Assembly: GCA_964016885.1 (NCBI GenBank)
Contig: OZ024754.1
Coordinates: forward strand, 39,246,001 to 39,310,000
Length of the DNA stretch: 64,000 nucleotides
Direction of reading: 5' to 3'
Source: Eledone cirrhosa
Taxonomy: Eukaryota
Below the pieces are notes generated by a model. The model was not told where the DNA came from, did not search any database, and saw only the letters and a program-made list of their open reading frames with translations. Position 1 is the stretch's first letter. Every line of letters starts with the position of its first letter. Both the position numbers and the translations under genes were made by a program. Below, one piece after another: positions 48,531 through 61,014 of this stretch.

Positions 48531-49879
48531 TGGTGTGTCATATAGGTATACTTCAATGGTTCTAATTGCTTACTAGGAGTGGCAGATTGACAATCAACTG
48601 CACACACATGTAGAGTGGAACAGACATAAGCAATGAAAACATCATATCTGTTTGTTCCCGTCTTTAGCCTGGATTGCTTTGGAAACGTAACCTTCTGGCA
48701 TAAGATGATGTAGCATGATCAATCTATCACGTAACAATGAGCACCATTGAAATACAACACTACGTGGACGTGTTGCAGTAGCTAGACAAAACTATCGTTT
48801 CAATAATTATTGCTGACATTTATGGTTTGAGATTTTATTTCAATATTTGTTGTCATTACACCTGTTCCAGCCATCCGGCTGAGGCCATGCTGGGGCACCG
48901 TCATTGTCAGTGAATATATTTTATATATTTCTTGACAACCATATTTACCAAAATGTTAAAGCTATTCTCCATAATTCCCTACCACTACTACTACCACCAC
49001 CGCTGCTGCTACTACTACTACTACCACCACTACTACTAACACCATCACCACTACTACCACTACCACCAACATCATAAACAACAATTACACCAACATTTAC
49101 AACACTTAACACCACCAACAACATTTACAACAATATTAATACAACGATAATCTATTATAATTAACTCCACCCTGCTATCTTATTATCTGGATCAAATCTT
49201 TTCACCTGATCCAAGGTCATTAAGAAAGGTGGAGATGGTGATGGTGGTGGTGGTTACAGTAGTGATAATGGTGGTGGTGGTAATGGTAGTAAGAAAGTCA
49301 CGTTCAATTCACCCTGGCGTATTGGATACAACACACTGTATCCAATTACCTTCAATAATACAGCAATTACTGTATTAACATCGGTCACCACCATTATTTC
49401 CCATAATATATATATATACACACAGATATATAGGTTTAGGAAAGCCCTAAGGGTGTGTATGATATAGAAGACAACCTTACGTGACAACCTACTGCAAGTA
49501 ACCGAAGAGATTTGTGGTTGAAGCTTCAATCAGACAGAGAGTGACTTGGTGGTGGAACAGCAAGGTAGATAGAGCCATTAAAGACAAGTATGGAAGGACT
49601 GATACTCAGTCGCTAAAAGAGAGGCGTAAGTAGTATATGGATTAAAGCTGGAGGGGGGGGGGGGGGGTAGATTAATTTTAAATAGTATCAATTTTTCTTC
49701 TGTAAAATCAAAGATTGTAAAACAACTTTATAAAAGCTAACGTAATATCGTTAAACCTTCCTATAGAGCAAAGAATCTATAGTTTAAGCCGTTTCTAGAC
49801 TTTCGTGGGACGTTACTCTCTCTCTCTCTCTCTCTCTATGAATATCTAACACTTTAATTGTATCTCTCTCTGAATATCT

Positions 49880-50520
49880 AAGATAAGTACAGACAAGTAT
49901 GGAAGGATTGGAAAAATAGGGGGAGTAGAGACCGGTACTCAGCCGATAAAAGAGAGGCTAGACATCAATTGTACATAGCATGCAGGGAAGCTGAGAATAG
50001 GAGTTTTGCAACGAGAGGGTCAGAGATGATAGGTGTTCCGCATTGCAAGGAAGTGTGTCGGTGTAAATCAGGATGTTGTTGGAGATAAGTGTATACGAAA
50101 TTATGCCGCCGGTGCACTTAGCGTCACTGACGCTCAAAAAGAGGAGGCCTGTAAATGTCACTATGAGAGACTGATAGATGCTAAGAATGTGAGAGAGAGA
50201 AACTACCCAAAAGAGGGTCCAGCTATTGAAGTTGACGACGATAGGGTCAAAAAAGCAATTAAAGAAATGGAAAGTGGTAAGGCTGCTGGACCGTCAGGGA
50301 TAGTCGCTAAGATGTTAAAGGCATCAGGAGAAGTAGGAACTAAACTAGTTACGGACATGTGGATTCATCGTGGACTCTTTCGGCCTCCACCCGCTTTCCT
50401 GTCGCCTTCCACGCCATGCTGCCCTCAACATACTTACATACAGACTTTAGTCAATCAAGTTATATATGGTGGAGTCATACCAAAATACTGGTGCAGCAGT
50501 ATACTTGTTAATTGTACTTA
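49880..50520 (+). mobile_element. RTE-type LINE fragment (linker to start of RT)
   Basis: FRIARKCVGVNQDVVGDKCIRN...VKKAIKEMESGKAAGPSGIVAKMLKASG...IPKYWCSSILVN. Confidence 0.8.
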
Positions 50521-51699
50521 TGGCTACTTTTGACGTTCTTTTATTTAAAATATAAACAAAACGAAGACAGATAATTCGGTATTCGGAGTAAAGACATTTT
50601 TACAAGAAAATTATTAGTGACGATGAAGGATTCAATTTCTGAATTTTTGTTCTTTAAATTATGGAATTATATTCATTAAAAACATCGTTTTGAGACGATG
50701 ACAATTTTCGTACTGAATTACCTCCATTCATTTCGTTTATATATATTTTATTCAATGAATAATCACTTACCTCCATATAGACGACATTGCCGAGGGTTTA
50801 GCTGGCTGTAGATGATCGTACAAGAAGTTTAGGCCCTTAAACTGTTTATTTCGCCTGCTAGGTAGGCATTGACCATAGTTTAACTTACCATATTACATCT
50901 TATCCGCTTATTTCACCTACTGTACAGTCACCAAAGGATCCATAATTGATGAACAAGTATATATATATATTTATTTGTAAATCCTATTGGTTATATAAAT
51001 GACTTATGGACGTTGAAAGTTGAAATAGTTAATATAATATAGAAAATAAAATTTAGTTTTGTAATTACGCAAATGTCAAATTTCCCGGTCTTCTTCACAA
51101 CAAATGTTACCTTTCAAAGTTAGCCACACATTCTCAGTAACGCTTTCGTATTTTCGCAGTGAAATTTTTTATTTTGTATAATTGATAAGGAATAAAGTTT
51201 ATTAAACACATTTCTATTTAATTATATACTTTTTGTAATGGAAAATAAAGTCTATAACGAAACATCACCGTCCGTAGATGGACGGTGATAGTTCATTTTT
51301 GGTCGACGAACGGCGGTTTCAATTTAAGTCGACGGGCACAATAGTGAATTAGTCATACTTATAGGTAAATTTTTTTAATTTTAAATATAGAAACGTAAAG
51401 AAAGTGAGATAACGTGTTACCTCACTCTCATTTCGTTTCAATTTAGAAACTACTAGTATTTTGTTCTGTATATAAGTAAACACTTGTTTCTGGAAATAAA
51501 AAAATGCAAACCATTGGTCTTATAAGTATCGATTCTGGTTATATTAATTAAACCTAAATTTAGTATATATGTTCTAAGTTTATCACCGAGTTTCTTTGTT
51601 GTTAAGACTCTCCCTGAATAGGACACCGGATTAACTCCCTAACTACTGTACTCCCTCTCGGCTGAGTGTACTGGAACAACATGAAATGTCACCCAACTA

Positions 51700-52170
51700 C
51701 AGTGGAGGACTTATTTCCAAACCAAGCTTTGAGAGCCTTCTTTGTTCGGATGGCATTTTTGACCTCTTGATTAAACCAAGGAGTCTTCCTGTCATTTAGC
51801 ACCACACCAAGTCTTTCGCCCACAACATTTAACAGCTGAAGCAGAAACTGCTGCGCTGGACAATCTCCATTCTGTCTCAATGTCCTCAGTTTGCTCAGAG
51901 AGTTCTCTGAATTTGGATGCAATAGTATCTGTATACCTGGTCCTGACTTCCTTATCCACCAATGCTTCCCACTTTATCCTGTAGGTCGCTCTGGACCTGT
52001 TAGTTTTGTGGGCTTCTTTAGCTTTAGTTAGTCTCAAGTTGCAGATAACTAGATGGTGATCAGTTGACAGCTCAGCCCCTCTTTTAACACAAACATCAGG
52101 CACATAATCAAAGAGATCAGAGGCAATTACAAAATCATTGATTTCTGTCCCCGATTCCCCTTATACCATG
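51700..52170 (-). mobile_element. RTE-type LINE fragment (end of endonuclease and linker)
   Basis: DVCVKRGAELSTDHHLVICNLRL...RIKWEAL...EDIETEW and TPWFNQEVKNAIRTKK, in two frames. Confidence 0.8.
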
Positions 52171-52171
52171 T

Positions 52172-52488
52172 ATAAAGTCAGAAAATAGCACAGTTCCCAT
52201 GACTTTCGGAAACATTTTTTCACGCTCAGAGTTGCTGAAGCATGGGACAAACTACCTGCATCAGTTGTTAGCTGTCGAGACACTGCATCCTTTAAGGCCT
52301 CCATGCTTCCCGAGATCCGCCAACACTACACCTAATGTTCCCCTCCATCCATACACACATGTATATCATGACTCATACACTATTCACTTCCCTGACATTT
52401 GTGTATTATTCTATGTACTATACATACACCTTTGACGAGTTGTAGTGCACCTGAGCACTTTACACAATAATTTCATTATTATTATTTT
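52172..52488 (+). mobile_element. CR1-group LINE 3' end with UTR and (ATT)n tail
   Basis: HDFRKHFFTLRVAEAWDKLPASVVSCRDTASFK (the FF..RV...WN.LP motif), followed by the tail shared with the copies at 6481, 13070 and 24005. Confidence 0.82.
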
Positions 52489-52717
52489 ATATTTATGGAT
52501 GTCTCTGTGCTGGAAGAAGGTGTTCATAATAGAGAGTCCATTGCCAGAACAGAAGTTTAATAAGGCCTCTCCATTAGTGTCTAACAAAATAGTCAGACAG
52601 TCCTTGAGGTGTTAAGACAGCAACAAAACTAAACTTATGTGTAGAGAATTAAACATACAGCAGTTAAGTCATACACTACATGATGTTAAGGCTCAGTTTG
52701 ACCATCCCAGAACATCT

Positions 52718-52900
52718 GCAGTTACCTGTGGGAAGTGAGAGGCAAAAATCCCACAGCTACAGTTACCTGTGGGAAGTGAGAGGCAAAAATCCCACAGCTA
52801 CAGTTACCTGTGGGAAGTGAGAGGCAAAAATCCCACAGCTACAGTTACCTGTAGGAAGTGAAAGGCAAAAATCAGACTGCTACAGTTACCTGTGGGAAGC
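52718..52900 (+). repeat. 41-bp minisatellite, about 4.5 copies
   Basis: Unit cagttacctgtgggaagtgagaggcaaaaatcccacagcta. Confidence 0.9.
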
Positions 52901-53215
52901 GAGGGGGTGGGGTGGGGGGCAGAGACCCCCAGTAGTGGTGGTAGTGATAATCAAGGCTGGAATGTCTGACCATTGGTCTGCTTCATCAATTTTACCTGGA
53001 GATAAACAAAAACAATTAAGGCAATGACAATAACAACATCAACAATAACAAACCTTCAACAGTCTTACAACTTTGAATTAGAACTTATTTTATCAACTTA
53101 ATACAAAAGACCTTTCTATAAAATATATCTTTATTTCATTTGTTTCTGGACAAATTCATAAATATGTTTAGTTCCTGATAGAAAAGATGCTCTTTAACCA
53201 ACGTTTTACAATAAT

Positions 53216-53390
53216 TGTTTCAGCTTTTGGCACAAGGCCAGCAATTATCCCAGTGTATTACTGGTACTTTATTTTATCGACCCCCGTAAGGATAAGCTCG
53301 GCGGGATTTGAACTCAGATCATAAAGGGGCGTAACTATGCTGCAAAGCATGGCGTCTGACCCTCTACTGATACTGCCAATCCACCACCCT
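53216..53390 (-). mobile_element. Dominant SINE with TSD
   Basis: Family motifs, flanked on both sides by gttttacaataat. Confidence 0.85.
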
Positions 53391-53841
53391 TAAATGTTTT
53401 ACAATAATATCTTTCTATCATCACCATTTAACTTCTGTTTCATGCTGGCATGATTTTGATGAGTTGTCACTTTATGAGGCTAGCCAAGGTCAAATAACTA
53501 TGTCTTGCTCATATGAATCTGTTCTGGGCCTAGTTTCTATGGCTAGATGCCCTTCCTAATGCCAACTACATAGTGTGTACTGGTAGCTTTTTTTTTGGGG
53601 GGGGGGGGGGGCACCACCACTACCACTTTACAGGATGGACTGGTTGCTTTGTGTTGTAAATGCAGCACTCTCACCATACAGAGTGGACTGGGTGCTTTTT
53701 GTCGTGGTACCAGCACTGGGAGAACAGGTGTGGAAAGTGTCTGGCTTTGCAAGGTGAATCAGGTGTGTGGAAGGTGAAGCTCATCATCATTAAACATTTA
53801 TTTCTGAAGAAATAAATATAGACTTGAGTTGCCAACAACAG

Positions 53842-54036
53842 TTAGAGTTTAAAGATATATGAATCACTGACGGTTATATATCGAATCCAGCGGTATGGAA
53901 CATAAGCTTGGTCTCGGTCAAAAACTCGCAAATAACGAATTTGGATCCCAGAGCAGGTGTAGCCCGATGCCTCAAACTCCATGACAATGTGTCCAATATC
54001 TTTCAAGCGAGTTTTTATACCACTATTGCTGATCAG
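53842..54036 (-). CDS. AP4M1: AP-4 complex subunit mu-like, last coding exon
   Basis: ttgcag acceptor. Encodes LISNSGIKTRLKDIGHIVMEFEASGYTCSGIQIRYLRVFDRDQAYVPYRWIRYITVSDSYIFKL*, an adaptor mu C-terminus of AP-4 type (TCSG..IRYL..., PYRW.RY.T.SDSY). Confidence 0.9.
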   Translation of the reverse strand: MISNSGIKTRLKDIGHIVMEFEASGYTCSGIQIRYLRVFDRDQAYVPYRWIRYITVSDSYIFKL

Positions 54037-54141
54037 CTGCAATAAAGGGAGGAAACAGATTTCAAATAAGAAGAATAACAATGAAGGGTTTACTAATATC
54101 AAAATATAAACCAAAAGTCATACAGAAACAGTGTATGTTAA

Positions 54142-54363
54142 CCCTTTAGCATTTAAACAGGCCGGATCCGGCCAAAATTCTCTGACCTTTTTCTGTTCAA
54201 ACTGGCTGTAACTGGCTGTAACATACCAATGTTAAGGTATTGTTCTCAAAATAAATAATATCAAAATCTCATAGATTCGATATGATGTGAAATAATTATG
54301 TAAGATAAAGCCTTTACCATAAAAATACAATAGTATATATAGAGTAATGTAAATGCTAAAGAG
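54142..54363 (+). mobile_element. piggyBac-type MITE
   Basis: ttaa|ccctttagcattta ... taaatgctaaagag|taaa; same family as 56107-56327. Confidence 0.78.
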
Positions 54364-54892
54364 TAAAACTAACTGGAAACTTCTCAGGCTTAAGATAATT
54401 GAACATTTTTTTTAATCTGGTGTTGAAGATTTTAATAGTATCCCATAATTCTTTGCAACCACTGCCACAAATAACATGCCACTTCTACAATCATTCTCAT
54501 TCTGTGAAGGCCTCAAAACATTAATAAATTTATAGGTTTAGGAACGCTATTGTTAAAAACTAAACATAAGTAACTAATATGCAAATATGAAAAATATCCT
54601 TAATAAAAAAGATCAAATTTGAATACAGTTATGTTTTTAATATAACATATTTGGAAACTGAAGTAAAACAATATTTAATTAGTCTCCCCCACCCAACAAT
54701 TATCCCAGTGCATTACTGGTACTTTATTTTACCGACCCCGTAAGGATGGAAGGCAAAGTTAACCTCGGCGGGATTTGAACTCAAAGGGCCATAACTCTAT
54801 GCTGCAAAACATGGCGTCTGACACTCCCTCTACCAATACTGCCAATCCATTACAATAATTGTCAGTTACTTAGGAATGCAAAGAAAACTTAC

Positions 54893-55010
54893 TCGAAGAT
54901 TGGCATTTAAATGAGATCCACCAGGAAACTTCTTTATATTCCATACAATTTGTTTATTTGAGGCTTTCAACTCTATAGTCTGATCAGGACCAATTAGCTG
55001 CTGGCTAATC
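54893..55010 (-). CDS. AP4M1: AP4M1-like coding exon
   Basis: ISQQLIGPDQTIELKASNKQIVWNIKKFPGGSHLNANLR; AG/GT boundaries and phases consistent. Confidence 0.9.
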
Positions 55011-55227
55011 CTACAACCAGAAATAATACAAACATTAAAGAATAAAAAATGGTTTCAACTTTCAAAACAAATCAATTAAATGGTTATTGTTATGTGTGTA
55101 GGGTAGTGGATTGGCAGAATTGGTAGAGCGTCAGACACCATGCTTTGCAGCATAGTTAGGTGTGTTAAATAACACACAACACAGTACATATAACAACACA
55201 ACACACAACATAGTCAAGACAACTCAC

Positions 55228-55332
55228 CCAGACACTGTTCCTGGTACAGGAATTCTTAAGACAACATTAACAGCTTCTGTATTTACTGGGATATGACTAA
55301 ATAACTGTAGTGATAAAGTTGTGTCCTTTGAA
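55228..55332 (-). CDS. AP4M1: AP4M1-like coding exon
   Basis: SKDTTLSLQLFSHIPVNTEAVNVVLRIPVPGTVS(G); tttctag acceptor, GG|gtgagt donor. Confidence 0.9.
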
Positions 55333-55895
55333 CTAGAAATTAAAATAGAAACAGCCAAGAATTAGTAATAAACCTTAACCATGTCAATATTAGTAATAAA
55401 CCTTAACTATCCTGTTAATATTATTAGTAATAAACCATAACCATGTCAATATTAGTAACAAACCTTAACCATGTCAATATTTTTCTTCAAATAAATATAA
55501 TCTTTGTGTTATATTTTACAAAGCTGTTTATACAAAAACAAAACACTATTAATAGGATTAAAAAAAAAGGAAACCAAAAAAAGAAAAAGAAAAAGAATTA
55601 AGTAAAAAAAGGTAGAAAGAAAGGGACAAACACTACACCCCAGTCTGAGCAGTGCTTCAGCTGCACCCTCTCTATAGAGAATGGCCAGAGACACCCACCC
55701 CACCTTACAGGGATCCCCCCTCTGTGGAGAATGGCCACAGACACCCACAGCAACAGACACCGTCTTCCACTTTTATAATATCATCATCATCATCATTTAA
55801 CGTGGATGATGATGATGATGATGATAATAGTTATGTGGAATTTTTAGTTTGTTATGAGCCTTAAGGCTCATCAGAGCATCTAACAGAATACTTAC

Positions 55896-55984
55896 GGAGA
55901 GTCAAAATCCTTTTCCTGCACTTGTAACCTAAATGGTGGTTTTAATGGAGGATCTGAAGCTAGTCTGTACGACATGGCAGAAAA
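55896..55984 (-). CDS. AP4M1: AP4M1-like coding exon
   Basis: FSAMSYRLASDPPLKPPFRLQVQEKDFDS(P); ttccag acceptor, CC|gtaagt donor. Confidence 0.9.
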
Positions 55985-56106
55985 CTGGAAACAGACAGAA
56001 ATTTTACTGGTATTCCAATGACATAACTTTGAAAGACATCATCATATACAAAATAAATAGCTACATTACTCTATTGTCACAACAATCTATATTGAAATCT
56101 CATTAA

Positions 56107-56327
56107 CCCTTTAGCATTTAAACCAGCTGTATCCAGCCAGAATTCTTTCAACTTTATCTGTTCAAACTGGCTGTAACTGGTTGCTCATACTGATGTTAAG
56201 GTATTGTTCTCAAAATAAATAACATCAAAATTTTGTAGATTTAATATTATGTGAGAAAATTATCTAAGATAAAGTCTTTACTACAAAAATATAATAGTAA
56301 ATATAGAGTAATGTAAATGCTAAAGGG
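56107..56327 (+). mobile_element. piggyBac-type MITE, intact
   Basis: TTAA at 56103-56106 and 56328-56331; 14-bp TIR CCCTTTAGCATTTA/TAAATGCTAAAGGG. Confidence 0.85.
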
Positions 56328-56583
56328 TTAAAACACAGATTCACTACAATGATAATAACACTAGAAAATCAAGTAATATACTTTTACATACTTAGCTGGA
56401 ATTCAAGAGATACAGAGTTTGATTCTCTGTAGTGGCTGTTGGCAACCCTAAAGGTATTTTACTGTTTTCTAACACTATTACCATTTGAGTAAATCTATGT
56501 TTGGATTTTAACATTTCAAATTTCAAAAATGTTTATATTTTTTTCAAATTCTAGGTAAATATACAAGAAAAAAAATGATTTAC

Positions 56584-56690
56584 CTCACCAATAGGTGGAT
56601 TGAGTATAAGACAACGGGAAGTATTAAATTCTTCTTTGCGCACACATTGGTGAAAACTACACTGTTCCATAGTTACATGACTGTTAAAAT
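56584..56690 (-). CDS. AP4M1: AP4M1-like coding exon
   Basis: (D)FNSHVTMEQCSFHQCVRKEEFNTSRCLILNPPIGE, the mu-adaptin FHxCV...PPxGE signature. Confidence 0.92.
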
Positions 56691-56759
56691 CTAGGAAGAA
56701 ACAGAGAGAGTTTTGTTGAAAGAGTCTGCTACCTTCGGATATTAATCTAATATATGTAT

Positions 56760-57075
56760 ATTGAGGGAGAAACTGAGTTGCAGAGGAATTTGAAGTGGTG
56801 TGCAAAAGAGAGAAGACTGTGTAGGTATGGACATGTGATGTGCACAAATGATAATCACTGGGGAAAGAAGTACCAAAAACATCTCAGTGGAAGGAAGCTG
56901 CAGTAAAGGTAGACCAAGAAAGACCTGGGCAGAGGTGGTGAGAGTTGATCTCAAATCGCTGAGACTCACAGAGGAGATGATGAAAGAACATGACGTAGAG
57001 AGATGCTGTGCTGAGAATGACCCATCCAACCCATGCAAGTGTGAAAAAACAGAAGTGATGATGATGATGATGGTG
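56760..57075 (+). mobile_element. RTE-type LINE 3' end with (GAT)n tail
   Basis: YGHVM...VEGSCSKGRPRKTWAEVVRVDLK...; ends aacccatgcaagtgtgaaaaaac...(gat)n. Confidence 0.75.
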
Positions 57076-57293
57076 ATTGTCTAGTTCACTTGTGTGTGTT
57101 TTTTTTTATATGAAAAAATGTACCACGACAAAAAGCCCCCAGCCCCCACTGTAAAGTGGTCATGAAGGGGCTCTATATATACACTAAACAAAGATGAAAC
57201 CCTTGAAATGCAGCCCTCTTTCAGTCTAATGAATCAAGGGGCTCAGACAATTAGCTAACATTAAAAATAAACAAAGAACGAAGTAAATTTTAC

Positions 57294-57417
57294 CTTTTGG
57301 TTTCCCCTGTTCAGCAAGTGTGAGATCTTCGTTAACAGCTAATTTAATTACAGGATTACCACTTAAAAAACTCTTTACATTTATATTTCCTGTGACATCC
57401 ATACGAGACACAAGTCC
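57294..57417 (-). CDS. AP4M1: AP4M1-like coding exon
   Basis: GLVSRMDVTGNINVKSFLSGNPVIKLAVNEDLTLAEQGKPK, the mu-adaptin G.I..KSFLSG.P...L.LNE motif. Confidence 0.92.
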
Positions 57418-57454
57418 CTAAAAAAAACAGAGTCAATAATAATAATAATAATAA

Positions 57455-57890
57455 TTTTTTCTACTTTAGGCACAAGGCCAGCAATTACTCAGTGCATTAC
57501 TGGTACTTTATTTTATCGACCCCGTAAGGATGAAAGGCAAAGTAAACCTAAGCGGGATTTGAACTCAGACCGTAAAGGGACGTAACTATGCTGGAAAGCA
57601 TGGCGTCCGACTCTCTACCGATACTGCCAATCCACCACCGCTCTATAATAATAATAATAATAATAATGTTTTCTTTATAATGGTTTCTTATATAGGCACA
57701 CGGCCAGCAATTTTGGGGGGAGGGGAAAGTCAATTAAATCAACACCAGTGCATTACTGGTACTTTATTTTAACCCCGTAAGGATGAGAGGCAAAGCTAAC
57801 TTCAGCAGTATTTGAAGTCAGACCATAAAGGGCCATAACTCTATGCTGCAAAGCATGGCGTCCGACCCTCTACCGCCCATCCACCACTCT
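57455..57890 (-). mobile_element. Two adjacent dominant SINE copies (about 57455-57643 and 57680-57890)
   Basis: Family head, B box and core motifs, in reverse complement. Confidence 0.85.
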
Positions 57891-58049
57891 TATAATAATA
57901 ATGTTAAACAGTTGTTTATACATAGATATATAGACAAACATGGCTGTGTGCGTCAGTGTCTTGTACAATGTTCTAACAATTCCCCCATTCCACCCCAGGA
58001 GTTGATAAAAGAAGTATGATGCTATATACTAAGGTCAATAACATTTACT

Positions 58050-58440
58050 GCAGCTCTCTCTCACAGATGTAGTCTTGTTACAGTAACTCTCACATACAAA
58101 TATGTCATCTTATTACTGTAGCTCTCCCTCTCACAGATGTAGTCTTGTTACAGTAACTCTCACATACAAATATGTCATCTTATTACTGTAGCTCTCTCAC
58201 TGATGTAGTCTTGTTACAGTAACTCTCACATACAAATATGTCATCTTATTACTGTAGCTCTCTCTCTCACTGATGTAGTCTTGTTACAGTAACTCTCACA
58301 TACAAATATGTCATCTTATTACTGTAGCTCTCTCTCTCACTGATGTAGTCTTGTTACAGTAACTCTCACATACAAATATGTCATCTTATTACTGTAGCAC
58401 TCAGTAACTCTCACATACAAATATGTGATATTATTACTGT
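58050..58440. repeat. ~70-bp minisatellite, about 5.5 copies
   Basis: Unit gatgtagtcttgttacagtaactctcacatacaaatatgtcatcttattactgtagc(tc)nac. Confidence 0.9.
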
Positions 58441-58491
58441 GTAAACAATCAATACATAAAAAGCAGAAAAGAGATTTCAAATGTAGCTTAC

Positions 58492-58557
58492 ATCAGATGT
58501 AATGACAACAACCATTTTCTCTATAACATCTACAAAAATTTCATTTTTCCGATTTTC
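58492..58557 (-). CDS. AP4M1: AP4M1-like coding exon
   Basis: ENRKNEIFVDVIEKMVVVITSD, the KNE.F.DV.E cargo-binding motif. Confidence 0.92.
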
Positions 58558-58609
58558 CTGTATAAGAAATAACCAAAGATTTTTAAAAAGTAACTCTGTA
58601 AATTTGAAC

Positions 58610-58860
58610 TGTGTACAAATTGTAACTGTAACTTAAATATAGTTACTATATAACTGTGTACAAACTGTACCTTAAATATAGTTACTATATAACTGTGTAC
58701 AAACTGTACCTTAAATATAGTTACTATATAACTGTGTACAAACTGTACCTTAAATATAGTTACTTTATAACTACAAATTTTACCTTAAATATAGTTACTT
58801 TATAACTGTGTACAAATTATAACTGTAACTTAAATATTGTTACTTTATAACTGTGTAGAA
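58610..58860. repeat. 39-bp minisatellite
   Basis: Unit cttaaatatagttactatataactgtgtacaaactgtac. Confidence 0.85.
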
Positions 58861-59000
58861 ATTAAAATAAGCAGCCTTGCATCCTAGAACCAAGTGCAAT
58901 TTCAGATGGTTTAGTACCAAAAGTGTTAGCAAAAGAAATAAATATTCATAGATGTTCAGCATATACTGAGATAAAATTGATAAACTAGAGAAATATTTAC

Positions 59001-59072
59001 CTGTTCCACAGCTAATCTAACCACTGGTTTACTTGAAGCAGAACTTGGGGCCACTCTGGTTTCTATTCCAAA
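59001..59072 (-). CDS. AP4M1: AP4M1-like coding exon
   Basis: FGIETRVAPSSASSKPVVRLAVEQ; the VAPSSA.S.PV linker is characteristic of mu4. Confidence 0.9.
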
Positions 59073-59744
59073 CTGAAATGAAGTGAAAAACTATATTTTA
59101 ACTGCTGTATAATGGATACACCTCTTTAGTACACTTCTGGGTAAAATGGATTGTTCCAGAAATATATAATGTTAGCTGATAGTTCTAATATTAATTCAGT
59201 AACTGTCCAAGAAAATCCTGAACATGAGGACAAGCTGAAGTATACATCCAGTGAAGCCTAAAGCCCACACTGTAATGTGGTTGTGATGGTGACTCAAGAA
59301 GAAGCCTTCAGCCCACACTGTAAAGTGGTCATGATGGTGACATGACAAAAAGCGCCCAGCCCACACTGTAAAGTGGTCATGATGGTAACACAAAAAGCCT
59401 CCAGCCCACACTGTAAAGTAGTTGTGATGGTGACATGACAAAAAGCTCCCAGACCCCACTGTAAAGTGGTTGTGTATGCATCAACACAAAAAACACCCAG
59501 TACTTACTGTAAATGAGGTTGGCGTTAGGAAGGGCATCCATCTGTAGAAACCAAGCCAAAATCAGTTCTGTATGAGCATGATATGGCCACCTGACCTAAC
59601 CCATGCCAGCATGGAAAAATGGATGGTAAATGATGATGATATATATATGAGTGTGTGCATAAATCTACAAATACCTGTGTATTTGCACACACACAACCAA
59701 CACACACTATACACATACACACACAAATAGTAAAATTATCTTAC

Positions 59745-59858
59745 CAATCTTGATGTAATTTCCTCAGGAGGAGATCTGTTGGTTAATTTATGGATTGGAT
59801 CTGCTTGGATATATGGTTTAATTTTATCGGTTGAGGCTAACTGGATGTATCCAAACTC
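59745..59858 (-). CDS. AP4M1: AP4M1-like coding exon
   Basis: EFGYIQLASTDKIKPYIQADPIHKLTNRSPPEEITSRL; tttttaag acceptor, TTG|gtaag donor. Confidence 0.9.
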
Positions 59859-60138
59859 CTTAAAAACAACAAATATTAATACAGAATATATTGTCAACTT
59901 ATCATTGAGTTGAAGTAATGAGCTAGCAAGGTAAAGCTATTAGTGTTGGGGAATTTTAAATAAAGATCACTTCCTTCATAAAAGATCACAATATGATGGC
60001 AATATCACACAATATTACAATATCACACTATATGATGACAATATCACACAATAGGATGACTACAGTAAACTCCCCAAAGAACATTTGTAGTGTGTGGTTC
60101 CACCATCTAAAAGGGTTGCCTTCACTACAGCTTATAGT

Positions 60139-60555
60139 AGAAGTGCTTCTCAAAGGGGAGTAACTCACGTTAGATCCGTGGAAGGGAGGTAATTTATAAA
60201 GTTCAGAATACAATAAGCTGTTCATGATATTCGGTCAGTCTGGGGCTTTAAATTTACATAAAAGATGTTTTAAAACGTGAGGACAAGATGAGTTCAATGC
60301 ACAGTCCATTCCGTTTTGTGGACTATGCAAGAATCAATATCCTGAGAAGTGCGTAATAGTGCGTGTCTAAATTCAAGATCTGAGTTCTACTCAGGTTTCT
60401 AAACATCTATTATGTAATTTTAAAGCCCCAGAATGATTACCGGATGTAACTTCTAGACTGAATATCATGAATAACTTATTGTATTCTGAGCTTTCGTAGT
60501 CACCTCCCTCGCATCGATCTAACGTGAGTTGCTTCCCCTTTCAGAAGAACTTCTG
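60139..60555. repeat. ~420-bp imperfect fold-back (inverted repeat) in an AP4M1 intron
   Basis: Nested complementary blocks: 60139-60190 with 60501-60555, 60198-60236 with 60456-60494, and 60237-60281 with 60390-60434. Confidence 0.85.
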
Positions 60556-60828
60556 TGCATGTATATTCGTAAAACCATTTCCCTTTCCGTATAATCTCAT
60601 TTAAACCGAGCCGATGATCCGTCTTAGGGAAACAAATTGTTCTCAGAAATGGTGAATTAAATGGTGTGGAACTACTTATATATATATATATAAACAATGA
60701 GTTATATGGTTTGTTGATGAATATTCAACAGAGTTATGTTCATAACAGATATGAAGCACTCTCCAAGTATATATATATATATACCTAACGGTTTGTCTTC
60801 TTTACTCTCATTATTTTTTTTACTACTG

Positions 60829-61014
60829 GGCGGGGGATTGGCAGTATCGGTAGAGAGTCGGACACCATGCTTTGAAGCATAGAGTTACGTCCCTTTATGA
60901 TCTGAGTTCAAACCCCGCTGAGGTTAACTTTGCCTTTCATCCTTACGGGGTCGATAAAATAAAGTACCAGTAATACACTGGGTAATTGCTGGCCTTGTGC
61001 CAAAAGTAGAAACA
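60829..61014 (+). mobile_element. Dominant SINE with ~19-bp TSD
   Basis: Family motifs; attattttttttactactg at 60810-60828 and 61015-61033. Confidence 0.88.
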
